From IMG/VR virus record IMGVR_UViG_3300005512_000010, positions 1 through 64,000 of that record: DNA of 64,000 nucleotides. The stretch is one strand, 5' to 3'. Within the stretch, counting starts at the first letter, position 1. Every line of letters starts with the position of its first letter. The DNA comes from a virus. Lineage: Duplodnaviria; Caudoviricetes. This document shows positions 28,676 to 38,658 of the stretch, in pieces. Made by a program: the position numbers and the translations under genes. The notes below the pieces were generated by a model. It was not told the origin of the DNA and made no database searches. It saw only the letters and a program-made list of their open reading frames with translations.

Positions 28676-29193
28676 TAGCAAGGGTACTTCTAGGGTTATT
28701 TTTTCGAGAGATCCTGCAAGAGTCTGCTAAGAAAATAGTTAAAGAGCAGACTACAAGACAGCTCTCGGACTCTGTGAGAGTAGAATTCCTCCGTGCCGTC
28801 ACTGAAGGGTATACCAAAGAGCTAACCCATAACATCGGTCAATATGTCCGCTCTCTCGGCGCTGTTAGTGTCGAGGTGACTAGTGATAACGCAGGAGAAC
28901 GCTTACTCTCCGCCCTTCAAACCTCTTTGCAGGCACTAGAAGTTGAGCTAGAGAGTCAGGGACCAGAATCCCCTGTTATACAATACCTACAGAGAAGGTA
29001 TGGCGAAGAGTCCGCTACCCCCATAGGGCGCGAGAGTAGGCCAATCTATTCTATGGTATCGGGATATGACGCTAGATCTTCTCCCGACCAACCCTGGCTC
29101 AACAGAGTTCTCGAAGAATCCCCCGAAGTGACAGAAATCCTTGCCGAAGAGGCGGCCAGAGTCTTCGACTTAGTTTTTCCCGAAGTACTTTGA
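28672..29193 (+). CDS. Hypothetical protein
   Basis: ORF; ATG overlaps the upstream stop. Confidence 0.65.
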   Translation: MIARVLLGLFFREILQESAKKIVKEQTTRQLSDSVRVEFLRAVTEGYTKELTHNIGQYVRSLGAVSVEVTSDNAGERLLSALQTSLQALEVELESQGPESPVIQYLQRRYGEESATPIGRESRPIYSMVSGYDARSSPDQPWLNRVLEESPEVTEILAEEAARVFDLVFPEVL

Positions 29194-29865
29194 TCCCTTC
29201 GACGTGTTTTCCGAAGCATCGAGAATTTGAAATTCAGCATGGAAAGAGTGGTAGTCAAACCAGCTCTCTGCCATTTCTACAGACTGCAGTCTACAAATAG
29301 CTCCACGGCATTTTACCGGAATCGTCTCGAGGTCATACTGATTCTCTCTACACCACTCCTCGACTAACCTAATAAACGGATAAACATGATCGACATGATA
29401 CGGTCCTAGGATGGGTTTTCCGCTGAGAGACGACTTAATAAGTCTCTGACCCTTGAACCTATTTCTATACTCCTGTATCTGAGGTTCAATAACCCCTCTT
29501 AACGCTCTAATCGCATTCTTTCTGTTCTCTTTAGCCGGATCAGGAGCAGTTGACTTGGGGAAGATAGAGTCCATGACGTACTTTTTACCCACCCATACCT
29601 CGTAACTAGAATTAGGGGTTACAAGAACAATCCCCTTGACGCGTTTTCCATTAAACGCTTTCTTAACTACTTTGTAGTCCACCCTGCCCCTGTCCATGAT
29701 TCTAGAAAATCGGGGTATCCTTATTAAAACGTTTGAGAGAAAACAATAATCTGACTTGGAAACACTCAGACCTGGTTCATAGCTAGCAATTATCTCTGAC
29801 CATTTAGCAGAAAACTGCTTTTTATTGTACTGTTGGCCAAGAACTTCTACGTATCTAATAGACAT
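29170..29865 (-). CDS. DCL/DUF3223-like protein with C-terminal HNH-like motif
   Basis: N-terminal YEPG..VS..DY.FL..VL.R.P pattern. C-terminal ALRGVIEPQI...HVDH...W..YH..HA...N..KG. Confidence 0.6.
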   Translation of the reverse strand: MSIRYVEVLGQQYNKKQFSAKWSEIIASYEPGLSVSKSDYCFLSNVLIRIPRFSRIMDRGRVDYKVVKKAFNGKRVKGIVLVTPNSSYEVWVGKKYVMDSIFPKSTAPDPAKENRKNAIRALRGVIEPQIQEYRNRFKGQRLIKSSLSGKPILGPYHVDHVYPFIRLVEEWCRENQYDLETIPVKCRGAICRLQSVEMAESWFDYHSFHAEFQILDASENTSKGSKYFGKN

Positions 29866-30560
29866 GGAACTTCTAAAACTTTACTCAGAATTTTCTGAGT
29901 CTCCTCTCTAATACGGTGTTGACTATTAATCCCGGGATATTTTCTAAATATAGTGGAATTAGCCCGCTTATTGACGTAGACGTCATTGAGAAATTGATAT
30001 TCCCCCTCAGGGAGATCGGATAACTTCATTAAAATACCAGAGTACTCTGACATCATCTTTTCGATACTATCTTCCCTGGGATTTTCATCTTCAAATGGGA
30101 CTTCTGTATCTTCGTTAATCTCCTGATAAGTGACCTGATAAGCTCTCCTAGTCTCCCTTATCAAAGACTCCTTTAAGCCGGTCATTTCGGCCACTTCTTG
30201 ATCAGAGATCTCCGGATTAGCACCGATAATTTTCCGTATTTTTATATACGTATCTGCATAAGTCCGGGGAACTTTAATCATTCTCGAACTGTCTCTAAGA
30301 TAGTTCAAGAGTTGAAAAGTAAGCGATCTATTTAACCAGGTACTAAAGTTAGCTTTCTCAGGATCCCACTTGTCGTATAATTTGACCATAGCCTCCAGAG
30401 CTACTGATCTCAGTTCTTCGAAGGGAAGTCCGCTAAAGCCCGAAACTTTCCTAGCTGCATGAGAGGCTTTCCACATATTCTCACGAATATGCATTTCTCT
30501 GGTTCTTTCATACTCGGATCGTCTAACCCCCTTAAGGTTTTCTAGTTCTACTGGTCTCAT
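29847..30560 (-). CDS. RNA polymerase sigma factor (sigma70 family, SigF-like)
   Basis: Region 2: EELRSVALEAMVKLYDKWDPEKANFSTWLNRSLTFQLLNYLRD, then MIKVPR. Region 3: EISDQEVAEMTGL. Region 4 is diverged. Confidence 0.88.
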   Translation of the reverse strand: MRPVELENLKGVRRSEYERTREMHIRENMWKASHAARKVSGFSGLPFEELRSVALEAMVKLYDKWDPEKANFSTWLNRSLTFQLLNYLRDSSRMIKVPRTYADTYIKIRKIIGANPEISDQEVAEMTGLKESLIRETRRAYQVTYQEINEDTEVPFEDENPREDSIEKMMSEYSGILMKLSDLPEGEYQFLNDVYVNKRANSTIFRKYPGINSQHRIREETQKILSKVLEVPCLLDT

Positions 30561-30871
30561 TTAACGTTTTTTAGTACAAAATCTTTCGTCTGAGTAGCAG
30601 ACATAATGCCTTCACCGTTAAAGCTGATCAAGTTGCATTCTTCGTCGAAGATGGCGAATTCCGGAGTTCCGTTGCCCGACTCTCCGGGGACTAGAGATTC
30701 CAGGAACTCCCAGTTGTCATCTAAGACGTTAAATTCACCCCAGCCAACTCTGAGCTCAGGGTATTCCTCTGCAATTTCGCCTGCAACTTTGGCGAAGATG
30801 GGCTTCATAGCATCGCAGGCAGGACACCCCGGCTGCGTGAAGAACACCACTCTGGTTTTAAAGTCTTCCAT
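30557..30871 (-). CDS. Thioredoxin-fold protein
   Basis: FFTQPGCPACDAMKP and GTPEF (cis-Pro) motifs. Confidence 0.85.
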   Translation of the reverse strand: MEDFKTRVVFFTQPGCPACDAMKPIFAKVAGEIAEEYPELRVGWGEFNVLDDNWEFLESLVPGESGNGTPEFAIFDEECNLISFNGEGIMSATQTKDFVLKNVK

Positions 30872-30900
30872 AATACTTAGTGATTAGAGTTTTCCCTTTA

Positions 30901-30909
30901 ATTATAACA
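30901..30909 (-). promoter_or_regulatory. Extended -10 promoter TGTTATAAT for the thioredoxin-sigma-DCL cluster
   Basis: Sits in the 45-bp gap after terL, 30 nt upstream of ATG 30871. Confidence 0.65.
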
Positions 30910-30916
30910 CATATGT

Positions 30917-32497
30917 CTACAAATAGCTAGTATTAAGTGATCCGCGTCCTAGACGACTTGTCGCTCTCTGTAAACCCCCGTGGTTATTGATCTGAGGCAA
31001 ATGTATCCTGCTCCCCCCATGAGCTGCCTTGGCCGACCCCATAATCTCATCACGGAAAACCGTAACTCCCAGGACAAAGCTATCTACAAAATCATCATGT
31101 TTTGTAAAAGGAAAAGCTGTTAACTCGGCCATTAATTCACCGAGATTTGGTATGTCGGAATAGATAGAGATCCTTCCCTCCTCCGTTATCGGAGCTATCT
31201 CGTTAGCTCGAGCAATCTTATCCTTAGTCGGAATCACCTCTCGTACCGGTATCTGTAGCTCTTTCCTGAGCATTTGTATAAGAGGTAGACCTGAAGCTCT
31301 AGCTTCGATGTATAGGGTCCTTACACGCCAAGTTTTTAACCAAAGTGGCATGGCCTTGAGTAGTTCAGGAAACTCCATCTTCTCTTTGTATACATGCAAA
31401 AGATGGAGCTTTCTAGTCTTTCTAACCACGCCGAAGATACATATCACCGACGAATCGTTCATCTGGCCTTTTTTCAAAGCAGTGTCAGCAGCCGCGTAAA
31501 CGTACTCATAGTTCTCTTTATTCTTATCATGATACCCAAACCAAAAATCCTTAAATATCGCTCCACTTTCACCACTGGGGCGACCCTGATACAAGACTTC
31601 AAAAGTCTTTTCGTCCTGTTTTTTAATGCTTTCCAAAGCGGAGGTGGGGAAAAATTCTGGCCAATGAGACTCGTTAAGTTTTCGTCCTAGCGGATCCGTA
31701 TCCTCATCAGTACATAGAGCGGGGACATTAAGCTGTAGCCAACCCTCCGGATCACTGGTAATCAACCTCCCCGAAACATCCTCTTTGTGAAATCTGGTCC
31801 CTATACTTGCGACACAGTTGTTTGGTAGGCCTCGAGTTAAGAACTGCGTTGCAGTCCAGGAGAAGGTAGATTCAAGAACTTGAGCTGAATTGCCGTCTTC
31901 AAGTAAGTCGTCTAAGATTCCGATGCCAGGTAAATCTTCTTCACTAATTACTCCGTAGCCAAAACCGGTAACACCGCCCCCAGCCGATGCTGCCATGATA
32001 AGGCCACCTTGCTCAGATCGTATAGTTTTCAGGTTAGAGTTTTTTTCTAGTACCTCGCACTCAGGAAATACCCAGTGAAAAGCTTCGCTGGTAGTATAAG
32101 CTAGAATAGATCTAGATGCCTCTTGACTTAACTTAAGGGCGTAAGAGGCCAAGATAAACTGCGAAGTCGGACTTCTTCCCAATTGCCAAGTAGGCATCAG
32201 TTTTGATAAAAGCAGGGACTTACCAGTACGAGGTGGAAGAGATATTACCGTCCTCCTATATCTCGGATCTCCATCGCAGATCCCTTGAACATACTCACAT
32301 ATCAAGGAGTGAACCTTATACGGTTTAAATACCCCATTGATGCCTATTTCCCGGGTTATGAATTTAGCAAACGTAGTAAATTCTGTTCTGCATCGCAATC
32401 TTAGGAGTTCTTTCTTATCATTGTCAGCTAACTTATCGATATCCGCTGACATTTCAACTACCAACTGCTTTTCTTTGTCCCTTTCTTTTTTATTCAC
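30917..32497 (-). CDS. terL: Terminase large subunit
   Basis: ISLPPRTGKS Walker A, GILDD Walker B, GTRFHKED, AADTA nuclease Asp, FPFTKHDDFVDS. Confidence 0.93.
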   Translation of the reverse strand: MNKKERDKEKQLVVEMSADIDKLADNDKKELLRLRCRTEFTTFAKFITREIGINGVFKPYKVHSLICEYVQGICDGDPRYRRTVISLPPRTGKSLLLSKLMPTWQLGRSPTSQFILASYALKLSQEASRSILAYTTSEAFHWVFPECEVLEKNSNLKTIRSEQGGLIMAASAGGGVTGFGYGVISEEDLPGIGILDDLLEDGNSAQVLESTFSWTATQFLTRGLPNNCVASIGTRFHKEDVSGRLITSDPEGWLQLNVPALCTDEDTDPLGRKLNESHWPEFFPTSALESIKKQDEKTFEVLYQGRPSGESGAIFKDFWFGYHDKNKENYEYVYAAADTALKKGQMNDSSVICIFGVVRKTRKLHLLHVYKEKMEFPELLKAMPLWLKTWRVRTLYIEARASGLPLIQMLRKELQIPVREVIPTKDKIARANEIAPITEEGRISIYSDIPNLGELMAELTAFPFTKHDDFVDSFVLGVTVFRDEIMGSAKAAHGGSRIHLPQINNHGGLQRATSRLGRGSLNTSYL

Positions 32498-35477
32498 AAT
32501 TAGTCTGACCTCTTCTATTAACTATGTCATCGTACAGTGAGCTTTCACCGGAATCAAGGAGTAGTACATTACTTTCATCAGGGATAGAAGACAGCGTTCC
32601 ATCGCTGATACCCCTCGACTTAAGCCGGTCTAACTGTTCCGGAGATAGAGTTAAATCGAGTACTGTATTCTCTGCTGGGGGGGAGTTATCTCCGAGCTTA
32701 GATTCTAAGCTAATAGATAAAACCCTATCTCTGTCAAAAAGAGTACGTTCTTGGTAGAAGGGGTCAGGGATAGTGTCATCATATTCACCCAGAGTAGTAT
32801 CAAGGTTGAACCCGGAATCTAGAGTCTTCCACTCTTCATAGGCCGGCTTAATCGCACCGTCTATAATGGCTTTTGCCAACTCCCTATTCACTCTTAGTAA
32901 TCTAGCGAGATCGGGTATATTCTGAAACGCCCGAGATATAGGAGTAGTGACATTAACACCGACCCTGGGTCCATCTTTAACTTGATCGAGTCTCTTCGTA
33001 AATTTATAGATATCTTTTATAGCTTGAGAATTCTCTCTCACATCCCGTATTAGGCGTGGAAAAATGGCTAATTTTTCCCCATAGCCAATCCCCCTCAAGA
33101 GTTTATAGAGCGCATCGATTAGTTTTTTCTCAATAGACTCTATCCTAGTGATATTGTTGTCCGCCACCTTAAGCGATTTCTCTACAGCTTCGAAGGTATA
33201 AGTAATCTCCGACTCCTTATCTACCTGGTCCGCATACCTCGATGCAAAATACTTCTCGGCCATCTCACCCACCCTGGAGATCTCCCTAATCGACTCGCTT
33301 AAGTTTCTTATATTGCCAGGCAACAGATCTTCCCCTATGTCGGTGAAAGACGACCCCTGATCCTCTGCTATAGGGCCGGCATTATTCTCCAAAGGATTAC
33401 CCTCAGCGGCATAAGCGTTCGCATTATTCGCTGTCATAGCTCCGCATTTCTCGATCAGGTTATTGCCATCACTATCTTCCCCATGCTCAGTCTTTCTGCA
33501 CTTCGGATCACACGGACAGCCCAGGGATCCTGAAGAGCCAAACAACCCAGTTAGGCCTTTAACCCCCGATATTATCGTCTTAGCCGCGCTGAATCCACCA
33601 CCAATAACTTGATCGAGGTTATCAAGACCTATGCCCCCACCTCCGAGAAGATCCTGGGCAGCACTGGCTAGGCCAGACACCCCGAGAGCAGTAGTGGCGA
33701 GGGCGGGTATGGCATTAGCGGGTGCCGGGAGCTTCGAAATTTGGTTCAGGTTGCCTAGAGATCCAAAGAGCTTAGGTATTTCACCCAGAGAGCCTGAGGA
33801 AAGACCCGTAGTCAATGTCGATAGCAGTTGCGGGGTGACAATGTTATTTCCTATCGCATTATTTACCGTCCCACTTACTGCGGCGAGGAGGCCGCCGCCA
33901 GAGGCCGAGTTGAGGATATTCTCAAGCGAGCTGGGATAAGCGGAGGTCAGCAAATCTTTCGCAATCCCTATCACAGGCGACACGTATTTGTTGACTTCAG
34001 GCGGTAATTGGTCTAGACCTATGGCAACTGCGCTGTCTACAGCTCCCATTATTCCGCCGCTCATTAATCCGGTCATCACCGACGCTGCCTGGGGGTTAAT
34101 CGATAGCATCGCATTCCGCAGAGTACTCTGTCCGATTGATAAGAGGGCGGAGTCCAGGTCTCCCCCAGTAACCCCGTTAACGAGTGCGTCTGCAGCGCTT
34201 CCAACACCGCTAAGTACCTGTGCCGTAGCAGGAGTCAATGAACCATCTCGGTCTAACTCTTCTCTTATCAACTGAGTTATCGTCTCTACCGGAATCCCTG
34301 TTTTCTTTCTCAACGCTTCATTAGCCACTCTCCTCATTGTCTGAGCTCCGTCAAAGGCGGTAGCAGGTACGAGGCCTGCGAGGCGGAGAAGTTCTTTCAG
34401 TCGGGGGTCTGTACCGGTAATATCGATGTCTGCGATAGCTGTGTCGAAAGCGACCTCTGCTATCTCTGGCTCTTTCGCCCAGTCATCAGAAGACATCGGG
34501 CTTTCAGACAACGTCTCGATGGGGTTGAACCCTGTCGTGAATTGAATACGCGTTAGAGGTTTCTCCTTGCTAAAAAATTGATGGGGTATACGCCTCCCCT
34601 GTCTTACCCAACGCAGTAGTCCCTGATATCTTTGACAGACTAAGAACTCCGAGTTATTGCCATCGTCCAGCACAGCCTCCATGCCATGCACTTTCTCACT
34701 ACATTTTGGCAGTGTGGTACGGAAGAACACTGGCGGAGCGCTTAGGGGTAGCCAGGAGAAGTTTTTATTCTCATCTCTCCTACATACCATAGAAGTGGTA
34801 CGGAATCCCCTATCTTCTGTAAACTCATGGACTTCTCCCAGCAAAGATTCGTTACACTCAGGTATCCCTGGGTTTCTCTTCTGCGCTTGAGTAACAGCGG
34901 GAGTGGTTTCGTTCCCCGGGTTTATTCCCTTCTCGACCCAAAGACCGCTTGTAATCGATTTCCAAGACCAAGAGGGCTTATTCCCTACCTGATTGCTTGT
35001 GCGTCTGAGGCATACAACTACATCCTGGTTCATCTCATTGCTCAGGATATACATCCTCCCCTCATTCCCCTCATTGCACTTCATCCCTGAATCAGTGGTC
35101 TCATTCCAAACCGCAGTACTCTCGTCTATGATGGGGAGTTGCAAAGGGTTTCCTGAAACACCGATGTCAGGATCGTTTCTTATAACTCCTATGACATACA
35201 TATTCTCCGATCTACCATTGGTCTTGCCTACCAATACCTCTGAACCGATATACCTAGCACTCAATACCCCCTTGTTCGATCCGGACACCGGTATCCACTG
35301 GGAGACAATCCCGTCATCGGTAGTAACCTTAACCCGACCCAGTTTCAACGGATCATTTACATCCGATATGACTGCCTCTTCGTTAAAAGGGTCGGCATAG
35401 GGGACGCCCAGGGTCTCAATAATTCTAGTCTGAGCTCTGGCCATCGTTGCCAGAGGTTTAAAGGGATTTTCAGCCAT
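32490..35477 (-). CDS. Baseplate spike/gp5-like protein (N-terminal OB fold) with Cys-rich repeats and a long Gly/Leu-rich region
   Basis: DVNDPLKLGRVKV...WIPV...GSEVLVG matches the gp5/VgrG OB-fold pattern. Start at ATG 35477 overlaps the upstream stop. Confidence 0.7.
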   Translation of the reverse strand: MAENPFKPLATMARAQTRIIETLGVPYADPFNEEAVISDVNDPLKLGRVKVTTDDGIVSQWIPVSGSNKGVLSARYIGSEVLVGKTNGRSENMYVIGVIRNDPDIGVSGNPLQLPIIDESTAVWNETTDSGMKCNEGNEGRMYILSNEMNQDVVVCLRRTSNQVGNKPSWSWKSITSGLWVEKGINPGNETTPAVTQAQKRNPGIPECNESLLGEVHEFTEDRGFRTTSMVCRRDENKNFSWLPLSAPPVFFRTTLPKCSEKVHGMEAVLDDGNNSEFLVCQRYQGLLRWVRQGRRIPHQFFSKEKPLTRIQFTTGFNPIETLSESPMSSDDWAKEPEIAEVAFDTAIADIDITGTDPRLKELLRLAGLVPATAFDGAQTMRRVANEALRKKTGIPVETITQLIREELDRDGSLTPATAQVLSGVGSAADALVNGVTGGDLDSALLSIGQSTLRNAMLSINPQAASVMTGLMSGGIMGAVDSAVAIGLDQLPPEVNKYVSPVIGIAKDLLTSAYPSSLENILNSASGGGLLAAVSGTVNNAIGNNIVTPQLLSTLTTGLSSGSLGEIPKLFGSLGNLNQISKLPAPANAIPALATTALGVSGLASAAQDLLGGGGIGLDNLDQVIGGGFSAAKTIISGVKGLTGLFGSSGSLGCPCDPKCRKTEHGEDSDGNNLIEKCGAMTANNANAYAAEGNPLENNAGPIAEDQGSSFTDIGEDLLPGNIRNLSESIREISRVGEMAEKYFASRYADQVDKESEITYTFEAVEKSLKVADNNITRIESIEKKLIDALYKLLRGIGYGEKLAIFPRLIRDVRENSQAIKDIYKFTKRLDQVKDGPRVGVNVTTPISRAFQNIPDLARLLRVNRELAKAIIDGAIKPAYEEWKTLDSGFNLDTTLGEYDDTIPDPFYQERTLFDRDRVLSISLESKLGDNSPPAENTVLDLTLSPEQLDRLKSRGISDGTLSSIPDESNVLLLDSGESSLYDDIVNRRGQTNCE

Positions 35478-37374
35478 TAGGTTCGAACAGGATATCGTCA
35501 GCAACTAAAAGATCTGCTGCTGCATAGGAGTATTGGACTCGTTTAATCGAGGTGCAAGGGACGTAGTTTTCCACAACACTAACAGTGGCGTCCCATGTAC
35601 GCCCATTTCTATTATAATAAAAAGGCATGCGTATCACAACAGTATTAGCTGAATTTTCGTCCTCAGAAGTTCCTATATCCGCGATTAATTGGTTGTGAAA
35701 GTTGTTTACCTGAGCATCAGAGTTTCCTCCTACTTTTAATACATCGGTGATATAGGGTAAATTCACTGGAGCAGTGGATTCATTGGCCCTTAAACCACTT
35801 TTAACGCTAAAAGTGTTATCAACGGAGTTGTATACCATCTCCTCCGGACTAGGAGCTTTGATATTAAGGACCCAGAACATGAACAGGAGAGAGATAAGAT
35901 TACCCCGAGACGGTAAAAGTCCAGGCCACTGAGAAATATCCACCTTGAGAGAATTAAACCGAGAGAGAGAAGTTAGCTCTGTGCTAGAATCGTACTCTCT
36001 CGTGGTATATCTATAATCCGTAGTAACTTCTCCAGTACTCTCGTTTATGTTAAAATGCTCAATAAATGATTTATCTATCAACCTAAGGGTATCGACACTA
36101 GGATCTTTAGTCCACAGAGAATCCTCATCTAGCATATTAACATGGGCATTTTTTAATATCTTCCTTTTTACACTACTGGGCCACTCTGTATTCCACAATC
36201 CACCTATAAACCCAAAATGCTGCGCTAACCAGTCCAGGTTTAAAGGGTAGCAGGTATCAGGATTGAGAGTGTTCCGGTAAAATCGGTCGATATCCAGTTT
36301 TGCTCCGGAAAGTAAATCGTCAACCCCAGAAGTTAACCACTTAGCCGCTGTATCCTCTCCCTCTCTATTATAAGCACCTTCGACACCCGGGAGTCTGTTA
36401 TAGACCGGACGTGAAATATCACTATCTCCAAAAACCCTGGCATGCCTTATCCTACTCCTAGCTACCTGAGCACAGCGAGAGTACAAGGTAGATAGAGAGT
36501 TATAGCAGGACACTAGGAATTCCCTGTTGTTGATTAAAAACCTGTTAAGCCATATCGAGTCGATCTCGCTCTCGATAAATTCATACCACACAGGATCAAC
36601 TTCGTCTTTTAAATAACTCAGCAATCTATCCTTAATCTCGGGTTCAGCTTTAACTTCTAAGAAGTTCTGCCCTATAATCGATCGGACAAAATCATCTACG
36701 CTATCGGTAATAGCGCGAACTTCGAGATTCCCATATGACCGGAGTATAGCTCGGCGTATAAAAGACTCCGAGGTATAAGTATTTGGCGGCAAATAAACAG
36801 TAGATGCTATACTAGCAACTTTATCAACATTAATTTCCCCCGCCCCAGCGGGAAGTTTATAAACTCCCTTCGTAATACTCTGAAGCTCTACTGATCTCTC
36901 ACCAAATACAAAGTAATATAAACCCGATACTGTGAGAGAGTCATATCTCCACTTTTCTCCTTCGACACGACTCAATGTCCCTATTCGGCATTTTCCAACC
37001 TCGCACTTGACATTTGTACCCTCAGAACAAGTCGCTCCTATCATCGTGCAGTTTTCATATCCCCCTTTTACCGGGAATCCATGGCCGAGTACGGTTGAAT
37101 TGCTGTCGAGCAGAGTGGGGAGAATATGACTATGAGATACCGATTTATACCTGTACCCATCCACACTCCTCTCCCAGTAGACAGAATCGATTACGCCGTT
37201 TCTGGTCTCTACGATAGGAGTTGAAAGAAAGTTGATATTGCCTATCTTGTTCCTAAAGATCTTACTCGATCTGCGATTTCTAAACTCGCAGGTAACCTCT
37301 CCCGACCTTACACTGAAGGCCGGGGACCTGTACTTCTTGCCTCTCTCCCTGTCCCAAACGCTATTAGACAACAT
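35470..37374 (-). CDS. Baseplate/tail protein (P2 gpI-like C-terminal half)
   Basis: LNPDTCYPLNLDWLAQHFGF...W..SVKRKIL; position downstream of baseplate J. Confidence 0.7.
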   Translation of the reverse strand: MLSNSVWDRERGKKYRSPAFSVRSGEVTCEFRNRRSSKIFRNKIGNINFLSTPIVETRNGVIDSVYWERSVDGYRYKSVSHSHILPTLLDSNSTVLGHGFPVKGGYENCTMIGATCSEGTNVKCEVGKCRIGTLSRVEGEKWRYDSLTVSGLYYFVFGERSVELQSITKGVYKLPAGAGEINVDKVASIASTVYLPPNTYTSESFIRRAILRSYGNLEVRAITDSVDDFVRSIIGQNFLEVKAEPEIKDRLLSYLKDEVDPVWYEFIESEIDSIWLNRFLINNREFLVSCYNSLSTLYSRCAQVARSRIRHARVFGDSDISRPVYNRLPGVEGAYNREGEDTAAKWLTSGVDDLLSGAKLDIDRFYRNTLNPDTCYPLNLDWLAQHFGFIGGLWNTEWPSSVKRKILKNAHVNMLDEDSLWTKDPSVDTLRLIDKSFIEHFNINESTGEVTTDYRYTTREYDSSTELTSLSRFNSLKVDISQWPGLLPSRGNLISLLFMFWVLNIKAPSPEEMVYNSVDNTFSVKSGLRANESTAPVNLPYITDVLKVGGNSDAQVNNFHNQLIADIGTSEDENSANTVVIRMPFYYNRNGRTWDATVSVVENYVPCTSIKRVQYSYAAADLLVADDILFEPNG

Positions 37375-38656
37375 CGTATAAATTATCGTAAGTATAGGTT
37401 AGTGCGCTGTAGTCGATTACTGAGACTAGAGAAACTATAGACCGGTAAAGCCTAAACCCTGAGGTAGAGTTTGGCACTACGAGAGGCTCGGTGGAGGTTT
37501 TAGATACAGCCTGACCATATGAATAAGTACAGACTGACCCGTCATCAGACTCGGTGCCAAGAAATCTCCCACAGATCCCATCAGTGGCACCGGTAATAGT
37601 CGGGTCTAATAGCATTTCTTTGATGTCTAGAGTTCTAATATCTAGTACGAAATCGAGATCCAGGATTTCCTTTAATACCGTAGACACAGACAGATTATTG
37701 CCTATTCCAATTTGGACCGGATTAATGTAATCCACCAACAGAGACTGGATCTGCCCTGCTAAGGTATCGGTAAAAGTAGTAGTCTCCTGGGGATTCCAGG
37801 ATACACTGATGACCGATTCTACTGGTAATATGGAAGGAGATGATAGGTAGACATTGACATCGAGGGGTACTCGGTCTCTCAAAGAGGTGAGGAGGAGAGA
37901 TTGAGTGGGTACTGGTAATTCACTGCCATCTTCTCCACCAGCAACGATAAATACCCCCCTCGAATCTGTTCCAAATCTCTCCTCATAGGTCATTACTTTG
38001 ATAATTTCGGCCTCAGGAGCTACCAGAGCTACTTCTTGCTCCAGGTCACTGCGAGATGTGAGATTTCTTCTCCCCATGAGTTGAAAGGCCCTAGTCTTCA
38101 TCTCATCAACAGTCTCCAGATCCTGCCCGCCCGTGGCGGCAGAATTATTAGTGATAGAGTCGAGACCGAGGAAATTCCTTTCTATCCGATTAATAGATCC
38201 GGAGGGGACGTTGTACACTTCGCCCCACTTCTCGGACTGAGCGGTGACTACAGCAGAGTCTTCTGTCATCCTGACTTGGTCGATTAGGGTGTAGACTTGG
38301 CCTCCATCGGCATAGACTTTTGTCCCGGAGGGTATTGTGACAGGCCTGCTGTACCCGGGAACGCGAAACAGAGTTATATCCACCAGCGCACGAGAACCAA
38401 TCCGTCTCTGGATACCAAAATTCCTTAGCCACTGGATACTTACTGCCTCGGGCATGGAGTTGAGATAATAAAGCAGCTCTGCCTGAGCAAATCCCTGCCC
38501 CTCGCTAATAGCGGCCAGGGGCGAGGCGGGAGTAAAATCTGTTAACTGACCGCCTGATTCTACAAAAATCTTAGTTTGTATCGCCCTAACAATATCGTTA
38601 GTATTACGACTATCTATCTGAAGCGGTAGCAGTGGTCCGTAGATTTCAGTTGCCAT
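37364..38656 (-). CDS. Baseplate J-like protein
   Basis: LTDFTPASPL, WLRNFGIQR, VTIPSGT, AQSEKWGEVYNV, ATGGQDLETVDEMKTR. Confidence 0.88.
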   Translation of the reverse strand: MATEIYGPLLPLQIDSRNTNDIVRAIQTKIFVESGGQLTDFTPASPLAAISEGQGFAQAELLYYLNSMPEAVSIQWLRNFGIQRRIGSRALVDITLFRVPGYSRPVTIPSGTKVYADGGQVYTLIDQVRMTEDSAVVTAQSEKWGEVYNVPSGSINRIERNFLGLDSITNNSAATGGQDLETVDEMKTRAFQLMGRRNLTSRSDLEQEVALVAPEAEIIKVMTYEERFGTDSRGVFIVAGGEDGSELPVPTQSLLLTSLRDRVPLDVNVYLSSPSILPVESVISVSWNPQETTTFTDTLAGQIQSLLVDYINPVQIGIGNNLSVSTVLKEILDLDFVLDIRTLDIKEMLLDPTITGATDGICGRFLGTESDDGSVCTYSYGQAVSKTSTEPLVVPNSTSGFRLYRSIVSLVSVIDYSALTYTYDNLYDVV

Positions 38657-38658
38657 AT

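Noticed and set aside
37220-37233. Near-match GTTGAAAGA to the promoter motif
   Set aside because: It lacks the ninth C, lies inside a CDS on the antisense strand, and has no start codon at the usual distance.
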